From: Dipteris shenzhenensis | Lineage: Eukaryota | Length of the DNA: 64,000 nucleotides | Direction: 5' to 3' (one strand) | Assembly (NCBI GenBank): GCA_047967505.1 | Contig: CM106538.1 | Notes under the pieces: generated by a model | Seen by the model: only the letters and a program-made list of their open reading frames with translations | The model's database searches: none | What the model was told of the DNA's origin: nothing | Made by a program: the position numbers and the translations under genes | In this document: piece by piece, positions 50,371-64,000 of the stretch | Layout of the letters: every line of letters starts with the position of its first letter | Position numbering within the stretch: position 1 is the stretch's first letter

Positions 50371-53300
50371 GGAGTACCAAATACTCACTGGTTACTATTA
50401 AATGATCACATGAACACTCACTTGAATATGTACGGGTAGGAATCAATCAATTTGAGCTTGAGACCTTGGGTATGGGTATTTTTTTTCATAAACTTCCCAG
50501 CAATAATCTTATAGGAGGTACCCCACTTCATTAGACATGCATACAACACTCAATTTCATGCACCTAGGTGATAGGGTTGCACTAATAAAGGTCCATAAAC
50601 AAGAAATATCATTTTGATGCTTAATACACTAGAAAAATAAGGAGTAGAGATGTTGTAACTATACTCACTCACAAAAGAGGCATGCCCTAATGATGAGGAA
50701 TATGCAGCATGGAGTTTGTAACTTATCCCCCATGGTTCCCAATGCCAAGTTGAACATAGATCAATATGAAGGCAAAAAGGTGTGAAGTACAACAATTGAA
50801 GAAGATCTAGGTCAAGGGACAACATCTTCATCACCAAGATCCAGCTACCAAAGGATGAAAAATTTCCCAAACAATCCCAAAGGAGATCCTCCTTATATGA
50901 TGGACCAAAGAGGGTAACTTGGACATAGACATGGAAGAAGAGATGCAAAAAGAATCCCAAGATGACCTCTAACCAACCATCATTGGTGACCCAATAGTCC
51001 TTATGCAAGTAGGGAAGGGACAATAACATCTTTAACATCAGGGATAGTACCAGAAGAGCCAATGCTATATCTTATGTGGCTAAGGACATCCATGTGTAGA
51101 TGATACAAATCAATACCTAAAGTATAAGGGATTGGGAGTGCTCCTAGAGAGGTTGCAGTTCCTTACCAAATGCATAAACACATACCAAGGGAGGGAGTCA
51201 TAAGTGGAGAAGTATGGTACAATGATCTATATACAAAATCCTCTTCAAATATAGACCTTATCACTACAATCTTTGCATTTTTAATTCAAATATATTCTAT
51301 GACCTCTTGATGTAATACTTTAAGAGGATCAAGATTGGTTAAGGCACAAACTATTGGGCTATGACACATCATGATCTTGGATTCAATGTACCATGAGGTA
51401 GCTAAGTTTTTGGCTGAAGCCTTGAACCATAAGGGAAATACAAAGAACTATCTCTATCAAAATTTAAGCCCCTATACATTGACCAATGCAACAAGAGTAG
51501 GCTAGAAAAATAGCATTGATGTTAAGAATATATACAAAAAATCACTTATAAAAAAAATGTTAGATTCTTGATCTACTCACAATCATCATTAGCTTGGAAT
51601 TCCAATAAGAAGTAGCCTCTACATCAGACTCACCACATGGCATAGAGGATCTAAAACTTGATACTAGTAGGGGAACTAAGAGTCTCATCTAGCCTTAAAG
51701 AAATCACAATGACAGGCTTCAAGAAGCACAATTGCAACCTATTGAGTCTTAGAATGAAATTTGAGAAGAGAAGTCCTATTACTCATTACAACACTTTTGT
51801 CACTAGAGCCATTGTACCCCAATGTTCCTGGACAATTGCAAGATGTCACATTATATTTGCACTATTATATTTGCACTCTAGCTCTTAAGCACTTTTACAA
51901 TAGCAAAAGAGCAGACCTCATAAAGGCATACAAAAAGCTAACACAATACAAACAAGGAAACACACCACTGCAACATGATAGCCATCAAATGCAACAAATC
52001 AAAACTATTTACTAGCATAGCACGACAAGAATAATGGAAAGGCAAATGATACATCACTCAAAGTTGACAAAGTTAACAAAATATGCCAAAAACTACTAAA
52101 AATAACATGTCCAAGTAGATTTAAAATAATGCTAACAACTTGTACTTTTAGTGTGTGAAACCATGATTCAAATAGGTTCAAGTTGGATTAGAAATGGGGA
52201 TATAGGCTTCTAGGATTCAAAAAACAAAGTCGATTAATACATCTATTTCCACTACTCAAGATCACAAAAACCAAATGTCCCTACTCCCAATCAATTTGTT
52301 ATAATTTAATCATTCACAATATAAGGAGAAAGGAGACACATACTTGATTGAAATGCTCTTTTGTACTATACTGCTCAATTATCTTCTAGATTGCTCTTTT
52401 GTCTTATTGATTGCCTTGGATTGTAAACTAATCCCCTTAATGTGTACTTGCTTGTATGATTACGAATTCCATACTTATCGAATTTGGGATATTCTATAGT
52501 CTAAATACAATTGCTTGGCATGTTCTAAAGTCTAAATACAATTGATTATCTAACATGTGCTTGCTATTTTGGTCATGTTCCAAATCGCACCCCTCGTTTG
52601 AATCTTATTACCTTCTTTGAATTATATCTACCACTTTACTTTTTTTGCTTAGATTTACCTTGGCTAAAACCTTTGCTAAAGTTGCAATATGCATGTTGAT
52701 CCTTTTTTGATGATCTTGCCTTCTTGGTTAAATGCAAAGATTCTATTTCCACCTCTTGGACTTTTTTCCCTTACAACAATATTTTGTAACATTCAATGTA
52801 CTCTTGGTGAAATGCTTGCCAATTTGATTTGCATTTGTCAACCTATTTTGTTATAGGTTCTTAAATGGTCATTTTGTGAACCGTGCCTTCAATTGATGCT
52901 TGTAATTTACTAAATCAAAGTTTTGCCATTAATTGTTCTCACTATGACTTTAGACATTCTGGAGCTTGTTTAAAATCATTATTACATTGAATTTTCCATG
53001 TGAAACATCACACTATTTTTTGCAAATTTCATTTAATGTTAGAGTTGTCAAAACTATGATTTAGTATATTGAATGCCTAGTCAATTCGCAACGATCACAA
53101 AATTTTTGTAAAATTCCAACGTATGTATCGAAGGTGGTCCTTTCTAGTGTGAAATTTCACTTAAGATTAGGCCTAAAATCATGTATGAATGGACTATAAT
53201 CTAAGGAATATTCCTTCGATTATTCTATGCTAATGTGGCATGTAACCTAAGGCTGGATAACCTAATTTGCCTTGGTTTGATTAGCTATACTTGGGTTCAA

Positions 53301-55552
53301 TTGACTTGACCTAGGTTTATTTAATTAGGTTTAGTTGAATTAGGGTTAACTTGACCTAGGGTTAAGCTAATAAGCTCAAGTAACCTAGAACTTGGGCATA
53401 ATTGACCATGGCTATAGTTAACCATAACATTGCTTAAGTTTACCATTATTATATGGACTATGATGTGGCACTGACTTTCTAACTTAAAGGGAAAATAAAT
53501 GTTTCCTTGATTTTGCAGGGTGAATGTATCACCGGAGTATGCCATGGTATCGCTGGAGGTCATGAGGTGTGTTGTAGGTCAATGAACATTCGTAAGCCAT
53601 GTTGTATAGTTATTTAGAGATAGGGATCACCCATTGTAGCCCTTGCTTAGTGTTGGTGCTCTATTTGAGGAATGTTCTAAGTATGCTCACTTGTTGAGCC
53701 TATCTTGGTCGCTAGTGTTAACACATGCTACAATAGTTTCTTCAAGATTGCCCCTAATTTCTTCCAAGGAAAATTTGTAATGTCAAACTCTAGAATTAGA
53801 AGGTCTCATTAATTGATGGTAGAAAAAGAGGGATGAACTGAGTACTAGTGATGACAGCGCAAGAAAGTGCAAAGATATAGCTAGTTATGGCCAACTTGGT
53901 TAACACCCAGTTGTTGAAAATGCTTGTGGGAGATGGAGTGCTTTTTGAATTGTGCTCTCTTGCAAGCCTTGCTTGCTCTTTAGACACTTAAACTAGAGGC
54001 ATGCAAGTGTACCAACTTGTTGAGGCTTGTGATTTTTGAGCCCCTATCCTTGTTTGAAGGTTCCTTGGTTGGGTAAACCTTGATGATGGACATTTTGCAA
54101 ATATCTACTAACTCACATGATTTTTAAACATTTTTCCTCTCCTTGTTCCATTTATGGGCTAAGCTCTTTTTGCTCTTTCATAAGACCTTGGAATTGGCTC
54201 CATGGTAAGTGCTAGGGGTGCTTGTTATTGCCAATGTTGATGAAGCCCATTTAGCTACCTGTTACAACTTGTGTCATGCTAATGGCTTGAATATGGCCCC
54301 TATGCTACCCTACTAGGTGCTATGATGTTTTGTGTATGTTGCTCCAAGTTTCTCTTATTATCTTGCCTTTTTGCAAGTGTCATGACTATAGCTCGCACCA
54401 AGTTGGAGTTTCAATCATGGGCACAAGTGTTTTTGCTCTCTAGATTGAGAGCTTTATATTGAATTGGGATTTGATTTTGTGTTTTCTTTTAAAGTCTAGA
54501 GGTCTTGTTGTTGCAAATTGCCTTGGAATCTTCCTAGTGAACTTATGGATTTAGTTGTAAGACTTATTTTATTGGATATGTGAGCTTTTGTTCACACTTG
54601 ATTGCTTTACTCTTGTTGGTCTATTGCTTAGCTCCTCACGCTTTATTGGCTCCATTTTAATGTTGATGTTATTGTAGTACTACTTTGTGCATGAGGCATT
54701 GCCTTCATCTACTATCACATAGCTTCTATTGCTACTCCACTGGACTAGCACTACGGATTCGCTTTTGAGACCCTTTGCCTTTGTAGCTTCACTAGTTAAT
54801 TGCAATAGCTTTGTGGTTGGGCCTTTTATTTGTAGTTGTTTCTCATCTTTTTGGTTGTTCCAAGCCCTAAGAAGAGACCTTGTCAAGCTTTGTCAAGCCT
54901 TGGAAGATTCCCTATGGAGTTTCAAGCCAAAAATATCTCTTTCTCACTTAGTAAAGCTCTCTACAAGGGTATTCTACTTCCCACATCTCACTAATGGAGG
55001 GGAGGGTATTGTAATACCACGATAAGATGAAGATGTGAGAAGAGGAAGTACTCAGACACACACAAATGAGAGGAGGAGGAGATAAGGTGAGAGAGGAAGG
55101 TGAGCACACATAATGTAACCCACAAAATAGCCCATAATGTAACCCATAATAATACCTTGCTTATTCTAACATAAAGATGAACCTTTACACAAAACTCTCT
55201 TTAGGGTTAAGGCTTCTTGACTCTAAAGATTATTTTTAACCAGTCTCTGATGTATTCTATATTAGCCATCCTCACAGAGTGTTCAAGCACCTACAATGTC
55301 CTTTCGAGTTAGATTTGACTTCCAAGTAGAGATTTGAATGGTCTCTCAATGGTCTTTAGACAGGATTCATTTGATGCTTGGTAGAATAACATGATAGGAT
55401 GAAAAATGGGCAAATAGAGGTTTTGATTCATGTCAGGTTACTACATGTGCTTTGAGAGAGTGTAATGGGATAAGCTAGAGAAAGGGTTTAGGGCCTTCCC
55501 ATGGTCAAATGCCTTGGGAAGAGGCAAAGTGCATATTGTATCATGGGAGGCG

Positions 55553-58500
55553 TGTTAGATATCAATGCTCCACTCTCGTGTAACTACGCGGGAACCAGCT
55601 AACTCTACTTGTAAGCCCCCCATATGAGGAGAAGGTATTTGAGTAGCTCGATTATCCGGTAGGTCCTGGTTTGGATACTAGATGGGGGCCATGTGTGGCC
55701 TGATGGCTAGACGGCTTCAGGTAGAGTTGGCACACCGCCAATTAGGCTACATGCAAGTGCAGGAAGGCATCCCTTGACTGACTGCACTGAGGGTAGACGG
55801 AGCATTTCTCGGGGCAGCCCACTCTCGGGTTGCGGGGCCCGTTTGGAGCCTCAGATGATCTCGGATGGCTGTGGGCCAAATGGATACCGTAGGTTAGTTG
55901 CTCTGTTTTGCACATTGGTTCTATCGTATGGTCGGTGGCCTATTTTGGGGCCGACCCCCAGTCGACCGTTTTGGGTGGACTGGGTCGGCCACCCAATTGA
56001 GCCTAACTGACTACGACTGGTGGCTATATAAGAGCAAGCCCATGAAGCCCATTTCATCACTGGCTACAGCAACCTTGATTCCTTAGCATTCAGCCTCCGT
56101 CTTCTACTATTTCTAGCATGCCATCGAAGCTTCTTTCACAAGAGTACACAGCTGGGAGGCAGCGCTATCTATTGTATCAATTCTACAGTAATCAAATTTT
56201 TGATTCTCCATACTATCTTGTTTTCTCTCTTGCGTACGAGATCCTGTTATCTGTTGAGCACAGACGTTTTATTATTTTCTTACATGGTATCAGAGCCTGG
56301 ACTCTAGCAAGAAGATTTGGTAGTGTGTTTGTTTCTGTTTGCGAGCAGATTGTGAGAGATGGCCCACCCCGCAAGACTGCGAATCCTACCGTTCAGCGAA
56401 AGCGAAAAGTTGGACGGCTCTTACTATCCTCTCTGGAAGTTCAAGATGAAGACCATCATAAGCGCATATGAGCTTTGGGACACTGCTACTGGGGTGGACG
56501 TGAGGCCGGTTCCGAGACCGAATCCAGCCAATGCAGGACAACAGATAGTACCAACTGCGGATGAGATTCTCACATGGACAAGAAGAAATGCAGATGCGAT
56601 GTATTCTATTGTCTGCAGTGTTAGTGATTCCATCATGGCATTAATTCAATAGGTCACCATAGCGGAGGAGGCATGGACGGTCTTGAAAAATCAGTACGAG
56701 ACCAGGAATCAGACGTAGATTCAGAATCTGGAGACTCAACTCGCGAATGAAAAGTTGTCTGAGTCTGAAGCAGCAGAGAAGTTCATCACCAGGGTGAAGA
56801 ATCTGCGCGATCAGATGACTGCGATTTGCATCACCATCACCAGCGAGAATCTAGCACGAAGGTGCATATGGATTCTCCCACCAAAGTACGACGGTCTTGT
56901 TACGGCGCTGAATACACAGAACAGAAATCTGCCCCTCAACTTTGAGGATTTCAGCGCGATGCTTCTGGAGGAGGAGATGCATCAAAAGACGAGGACTGGA
57001 GAAGATTCGGCTTTTTGGACCGGATCAAAGAAAGGTAAGGGTAAGGACTCTGGTAACCCATCTTCTGATGATAAAAAGAGAAAGAAGAAGATCAAGTGCT
57101 TCTATTGCAACAAGGCAGGGCACAAGCAGAATGAGTGCTGCAAGAAGATTGCAGATGAGAAGAACGGAGTGAAGAAAGAGTCCAGCAACAGCACGCATGC
57201 AGTACCCATAGAGCTATTCATCGCAATTGAGGAGATTTGCATAGAGGCAGTTCATGTACCTGCAGATGAACCTTGGATCATTGAAAGTGGTGCATCGCAC
57301 CACATGACCAGTCGGAAGGATTGGTATACCTCTCTACAACCGGTAGGGAATGACATCATGGTAGCAGTCGGCAATGATGCAAAATGTCTAGCAAAAGGAA
57401 AAGGTATGATTGCTCTCAAGTCAGATGGAGTTGTAAAACAGTTGTCCGATGTTCTTTATGTCCTAGATATCAAGAGGAACTTGTTGTCCGTTTCTGTGAT
57501 CACGGATCGGGACCTCAAAGTTCAATTCGATAAGAATGGTGCACAGATCCTGGATCTTCAAGGAAAGGTCGTTGGTAAAGGTACACGGCGCAACAACATT
57601 TACGAACTCTCAGCTTTCAGTGCTCGAGCGGATGTGAAGAACACTAAGCTATGGCATGAGAGGTTTGGTCATCTAAACCTTAGTTCTTTGAAGGAGATGC
57701 ATAAAAGTGGAATGATTACAGACCTACTAGAAATTTCAGATCTACCCGATGTATGTGAAGCTTGCATGATGGGCAAGCAACATCGGCAGCCCTTTCCTAA
57801 AGAGGCCAGCAGAGCAAAGGGTCCTCTAGAGCTTGTTCACACGGACCTATGTGGAAAGATGGAGATGGAAGCTTTGGGTGGTTCCTTCTACTTCATGACA
57901 CTGATCGACGACTAAATAGAAGGATATGGATATACTTCCTGAAGACGAAAGACGAGGCTTTCAGTAGGTTCAAGGAATGGCATGTAATGGTCGAGAAAGA
58001 ATCGGGGAGGAAAGTAAAGAAGCTGAGATCAGACAGAGATGGAGAGTTCACATCGACTGAATTCGAAAGTTCACAGAATCAAGAGGCAGAAACCCCCGCC
58101 ACATACATCATAGCAAAATGGACTAGTAGAACGCAAGATGTTCGTCATCTGCGAAATGGGCTGAAGTATGATGAAAGGGAAAGATTTGCCAAAGACATTC
58201 TGGGCTAAAGCATGTAACACTGTAGTTTACATCCTCAATCGTAGCTACACGAAGGCTGTGAATGGGATGACTCCACTGCAAGCCTTTTCTGGTAAGAAAC
58301 CTTTAGCTGCGCATTTCAGAGTTTTTGGATGTGACTGTTTTGTGCATGTCCCTGATGCTACCAGGACCAAATGGGAACCGAAGAGTCAGAAGTGTATTTT
58401 CTTGGGCTACAGTGAAGAGGCGAAGGGTTACCGTCTCTATAACCCTGTTACCAAGAAGGTAATTGTAAGTCACGATGTGGTGGTCTCAGAAAAACCACAT

Positions 58501-59790
58501 CAATTGGAGGAGGATGCTTCCTTCCCAAACAACCAAGACCAGGATATCCATCCAGTACTGCCACCAACAGCAGACCAAACTCCCCCAACGGTGCTTGGGA
58601 GGATTCAAGACAAAGAAGATGAAGAAGAGCCTGCAGAACCACAATGGCAACGGCCATTCCCGAAGTGGGTAAAGCAGCTTTTGGGCGGCAGAGAACCTCC
58701 AGCAATTGAGGAGGAACCATCCGAACACCATCGGTCCAAGAGATTAGAGGAGCAAAGAAGGGCGCAGGAACACTTGGTCAACTATGCTTTGATGACAGAA
58801 GTGATCCGTGCTGATGAACCCAAGTGTCTTGAAGAGGCACAAGGCGATGATAGGTGGATGGAGGCTATGCAGTCGGAGTATGGCTGCATAATGAAGAACA
58901 ACACTTGGGACCTTGTCGATCGACCACCAAAGCGCAAGGTAATCGGAACCAAGTGGGTGTACAAGATCAAGTACAAGTCCGACGGCACGTTGGATAAGTA
59001 CAAGGCTCGGCTCGTGGCAAAAGGATTTGCACAGGTACATGGTTTTGATTATCAAGATACTTTTGCTCCCACAGCTCGACTAACCACAATTCGTAGTGTT
59101 TTAGCTTTAGCTGCCCAGGGAAGTTGGCCCGTGTTTCAGATGGATGTGAAATCCGCCTTTCTGAATGGAGATCTCAAGGAGGAGGTATACATGGAACAAC
59201 CACCAAGTTTTGAGATCCCTGGTTCAGAAGGTAAAGTCTGCAAACTAAAGAAGGCACTTTACGGGCTGAAACAGGCCCCACGAGCATGGTACCAGCGAAT
59301 TGATGCCTTCTTTCTGCAAAATGGGTTCAGGAGGAGCCCATCTGATGCAAATTTGTATATCTTCAAAGAAGGAGGCAGGTGTATGATCGTGGTCCTTTAT
59401 GTGGACGACCTTGTCATAATAGGGAACCATGAAGAGAAGATCTCGCAGACAAAGCATTTGCTAGCAAGAGAGTTTGAAATGACAGACCTCGGACTGATGC
59501 ATTTCTGTTTGGGGATTGAAGTTTGGCAGGAGCCGAAACAGATCTTCATTTCATAGCTGAAATATGCTGGAGAGATACTGAAAGCATTTGGCATGGCTGA
59601 GTGCAAAATAGTTGGTACCCCTATGGAGGTTGACGCGAAGCTCTCAAACGAGGATTCATCACCACTTGTGGACGAAGCGAAGTACAGAAGGCTTGTGGGC
59701 AGCTTGATCTACCTGTGCAACACACGGCCGGACATCAGCTTTGCGACTGGTGTACTAAGCAAGTTTTCCAATAAGCCCTGGGAGAACCCT
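55553..59790 (+). mobile_element. Ty1/copia element: LTR, PBS and gag-pol truncated at the end of RT
   Basis: LTR TGTTAG...TTACA at ~55553-56284 with TATATAA at ~56026, and PBS TGGTATCAGAGC at 56285-56296. Motifs: KLDGSYYPLWK, CFYCNKAGHKQNEC, WIIESGASHH, LWHERFGH, VHTDLCG, YKARLVAKG, QMDVKSAFLNG, LYVDDL and TRPDISFA. Stops and frameshifts are present; there is no RNase H or 3' LTR. Confidence 0.93.
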
Positions 59791-60399
59791 TTGAGATAAC
59801 CGCTCTTCAAATTGAATGATGGTATGCCATTCAAAGAGACATTTTGCGTTAAAGAGAGGCAAAAAGAATCGTTGGTGTAAATGCTAGAATGGTTCCAAGA
59901 TGGTGGCCCTTTAATACCATTAGTCTAGAAGAAAAGTGGGAGAGAAATGGTTGGTGGATGGTCCACCCTTAACAAACTCTCCTTGATGACTATTTAACTA
60001 TATTTAGTAGAGAAGAGACTAAGTCTTAGAGCAAAAGATTCATAAGGGTATGTAAAGGCCGTTGCACCAATCTAGCCAAATGTAATATGTTGCTCTTCCT
60101 ATCATAATGACTCATGGTTAAGGTCCACCTTAGACATTGGATTGGGACTGAATTTAATGCCTTCTGCAGACATCTTGGAATAAAGAGAATTCATTTATAG
60201 ATACACTCCCAAAGCACAATGGAATTGCAAAAGGAAAGAATATATTGATTATAAGATATCTAGATGCATGATGGACAAAAAGAAAGTACTCTTCCTTATT
60301 GGGGTAAAGCATGTGCCAGTGGAGCTTATTCAATGAGAAGAGAAGTCCTATAGCATTCTTATAAAATATAGAGGAGAAGAATGAGTAAAGCCTTCAATA

Positions 60400-60500
60400 A
60401 ATCATTTGAGAGTGTTTGGCTCTCATGCCTATGTACATGTTCAAAGCTGTACTTTGTAGCAAATCAAATGTAAATAAGTCAAATGCATTTTCAAAGGTTC
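60400..60500 (+). pseudogene. Small copia integrase remnant
   Basis: CATTTGAGAGTGTTTGGCTCTCATGCCTATGTACATGTT translates as HLRVFGSHAYVHV. Confidence 0.55.
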
Positions 60501-61054
60501 TTAAGAAATTTGTCTTTCCTTATCTTTGTACACTTCGGTAGTTCCTCCTCGTTAGAGCACTTCCTTGTGCCAACGTTGGAACTAGGGAGGACGTTGGATG
60601 GGCAAATGACACTTCAAGGGAATCGCTTCCTTGTGTGTCCTAGATTCAGAGCTAGCACAATGATACTACCAACTGCACTGGCTACCAGCAACAAATAGCG
60701 TTCAAGTTCAATGAAAGCACCTAGCGGTTGATTAGAGTGCTTCCCCGTGAGTGCTAGCAACATTGAGTGAGCATCAAGAAGGAAAAATTTGGAAAGAAAT
60801 CCCTGCTAGTCTAGCATTGCACTGCCAGGCTAGAGTTGCAGATTATCAGGATTTTGGCTCAGCATTGAGTTGCTGAAACATGCGTCAGAGTTTTCACCAA
60901 TGAACATCTAGGAGAGAGTCTTTGTAACCAATGAAGAATCTGAAGCACAAGGATGTACTTGATTGCTCTATTTATTGCCAAGCCCTGGCATTCCAACGCA
61001 GGGACGTAAAAAGGCTAGGATCTATCGGCCATCCCCACTAACTAGAGCGTGGGA

Positions 61055-61455
61055 GGGTATTCTTAGAGGGCATTCCCGCGTGGGCATTAGTGTCAGGGAA
61101 TGCCCGTAATGGGCGGATATGCTCCAGGAATGCAACGTTCCCACCATCCATGCCATGCCAAATTCAAGCGTTAATCCGCCCCGCTGGAGACGAAAATTGT
61201 GGCTCTCCAACCGGGCATTTCGGTGCCCGCTGGCTGGCAACTTGTTACATCCGGTCCCCTTGATGGGAGTCTAGAGAAGGCTGGTTGACCGGTTGGGAGA
61301 AGGAGGATTGCAGGTTGCCTCTGTCAGAGGCTGGAGATGTGGTGCCAGTGGAGACATGCAGGAAGAGGGCGAGCAGAAATGCCCCCTAGCATTGAGATGT
61401 CCGTCGAGCGGGCATTACCTGGCGTTGAGGCCATCGCGGGAATGCCCTCTTAGCA
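61055..61455. repeat. GC-rich segment with GGGCATTCCC/GGGAATGCCC inverted motifs
   Basis: TAGAGGGCATTCCCGCG-like sequence at ~61064-61080 faces CGCGGGAATGCCCTCTTA at ~61435-61452. Further GGGCATT/AATGCCC motifs lie between them. Confidence 0.55.
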
Positions 61456-64000
61456 AGTCGAGCAGCGGAATGCTAGGCTGGAATTCTGAAAAATCCAAGC
61501 GAGTAGTCCAATGCTAGGGAAAGTGGAGAGCTTAGTAGTTTTGAGCCATGGGGCTTCGAAATCTCCTTACCACGGGTGCGCCACTGATTGGCATGGGAAG
61601 CCCTCTTGAGTCTTAATAAATCTAACACACATTTTCGTCATTGTTCGCTACGCATAAAAGAGTGTCTCAGCATGTGATTGTTTAGGAACCGCCAGGTACG
61701 AACGGTTGGGGAGCCCGGAAAAAGCCTACGAATTTATAAAACGAGCAAAGCTTTGCAGGTACACATTTGGGCGGAAAGCGGACCGGCCGCAGAAGTGCTA
61801 ACTTAGAAGCGGATTGAAGTGCAGAGGATAAGGACGGGGACGAAAAGTAGCTGCGTTCTGATTGAATGACAGTGAAGACTCGGCAAACCCAACAGAGATC
61901 TTGGAAGAGCGAGTAAAAAGAGGGGGATAGATTGTCTTTTGAGAGTCCTCAAAAGAGGGCATTGAATAGCTGTAAAATCATGGATGGGCGGAAGAGCAAT
62001 TGGGTGTTTGTGAGTGGAGGTTGAGTGGACGAAGTGACAGGAGGGGCACTGGCGCAGCAGCATCAAATGGAGCAAATTGCAATGCTTCTTTTGCGTGGTG
62101 TGTTTCAGAGGCAATGAGAGCTGAGGCCCATGTGCCATTGCTGTTTTTCACCGTACGTTGATCCAAAGCCAAACTGACTGAGTGGAAGTTCAAGGAAGAA
62201 CGCCGATGAGCATGTGCGTTGTGGGAAGCAAGGCCTGCCTGCCGCCTATCACCTCAACAAAAACAAGTCAGCCATGAATGGGGAGTCTGAGACTCTGAGA
62301 GAGAGGGCCGTGCTTCTTCGTGTGTGTTGGGCTGTGGAACGAATGACAAGAAGGCCAGCTGAAAGTTGATGATTGTTTTGTGCTCATCATCTATTGAACG
62401 TTTATTTGTCTGTTTGTTTTTGGCTGAACGTTTATTTGTATGTTTGTTTTTGGCCTGCCACAGGCGAGGGCTCTTCAAAGCGAAAAATCATTTTATTAGT
62501 TTTATTTTGTAAATACTGTTTTCTTTTCCTCATTTGTATTTCAAGGCCCTCTCTCTCTCTCTCGCTCTCAAGTTTCTCCCCACCCTCGATCTCCATGCCC
62601 ACATTATCGCAATGCAGGCAAGAAGCTACACCCTTGCTCCTCCATCGCTTCCAACTCCTTTTGGGAAAGCCTATGAATGACAAAAGTCAGTCAACTTGTT
62701 TCTTCAATTAAGTTGGAGACTGAGCCGCATGGGTGATGTGCAAAGACTCAATAAGCATATATGAGCTATGCAAGGATGTGATGTCATACCTCCATCATCA
62801 AAAGACTAAGGAAGATTGTACCTACCCTTTTGTCTACCCCACTTTAGGTGCCTGTTAGGCCTGTTTCCACCCACCTATGGCACTGAGGGTTGTCACTTCT
62901 ACCCTGGCTATGGGGTTGCCCAACCGCCACCCACCTTCCCGTTTATGCGCTATGTTTCAAAAAAATGGCAGGTGGGGAGAGCAGATTGGGTGATTGGGTG
63001 GATGCCCTGCCTGAGGCTGGAGGTTCACCTTTCGCTGCAAGTGGCACTCTGACAGCCCATAGGATCATAGGAAATCTGCTGGATTCATACCACCACCGAC
63101 GGCTCCCTGCGCCCACTCCTCTTGGCACTTGGGAATTGTCCAAATGGGTTGTCCCGCATTCAAATGGGCCATTTGCCCCTGCGTGGAAACGAGAACTTAG
63201 CAAAAGCCAATGTAGGCCATGGGCTAGATGTGTCCCTTGTAGATGGCCACATGTGTGTGAGTGCAGAAAGAGAACGACCACAAAAGATTTATTTATTTAT
63301 TAAGCCTACCCTACAAACACTCTCAAAGATAAGATGCAAACCATCTCCATTTAAAGTTCACACCTCCCATGTGAATAGAATATTTTGACATTTGAAAGGA
63401 AATCAACTGTCGAGATTAGTTGCCTTGCTAATCGAGATTAGAGGCCTTACTAAAACGAAAAGTCTCAAGTCACTCATTGTGACGATTTCATCACACAATA
63501 CTTATGCAATCACGGCTCAATGATCGTCTTGCCAAAATGCAAAGTTACTTCGTAGTGGAATGAGATGCATATCTTCTGGGAGTGTTTGATGGTTAGGGAT
63601 GCCTAGTGGAAAGTAAGCAACTGGCTCGAAGTTTTCTCTGTTTTTATTAGACCGAATTGGAAGTTGGCTCTACTGGGTGATGGAGGGAAACTCAATAATG
63701 TACTTTATGGAATCTTGCAGCTTACCAGGGCTCTCATTATGCTCCATATATCAATGCTAAAAAATCATGACCATGACAGTCAAGTATTTTGCTAAAAAGC
63801 ATGAAATGCTTTGTCAACTGTCGGTCGTTATTGGCCCCATTGAGACTTTCTGTTGTTGCCTTCCTGTCTCAGGAGGTTGTTCTCTTTAATTTTTTGTATA
63901 CTCAAATTTTCCTGTCTTAATATAGTTTCCCCCTCTTTTTATCATGAAAAAAAGGTGTGGACTTTGGATGAGTCCTAGCTATCGTCATGCACTTACATAA

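Noticed and set aside
43000-54900. Short ORFs of 60-170 aa as host genes
   Set aside because: Apart from the copia RT and gypsy integrase remnants, they have no recognisable motifs and lie in AT-rich, CpG-depleted, decayed repeat-like DNA.

Overview
Repeat-saturated plant nuclear DNA. The evidence is a CCCTAAA telomere-type array, a land-plant 18S fragment that looks fern-like, and Ty1/copia elements with tRNA-iMet primer sites. No host gene could be called with confidence. The main structure is an 18,725-bp DNA transposon (816-19540) bounded by perfect 26-bp terminal inverted repeats and a 4-bp AACA target-site duplication. It carries: (i) a minus-strand DDD-type transposase (DUF7869/Sola-like motifs); (ii) a ~1-kb internal telomeric array plus G-rich arrays; (iii) a divergently oriented 8-exon cargo gene that appears to fuse a ParB/DGQH-like motif, a degenerate DNA-methyltransferase-like segment and two tandem Ulp1/C48 protease domains, one with catalytic Cys and one with Cys->Ser; and (iv) a small coiled-coil ORF. 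It is inserted in the 48-bp coding repeat of a related transposase. To the right lie an 18S rRNA 3' fragment, a copia fragment split by a TIR element with no target-site duplication, and a third transposase remnant. Next come a 64-bp palindrome minisatellite and a related 465-bp satellite, several decayed copia elements (two families share a hairpin over the polypurine tract) and a gypsy integrase remnant. All family and domain assignments come from visual motif recognition and need profile searches to confirm.
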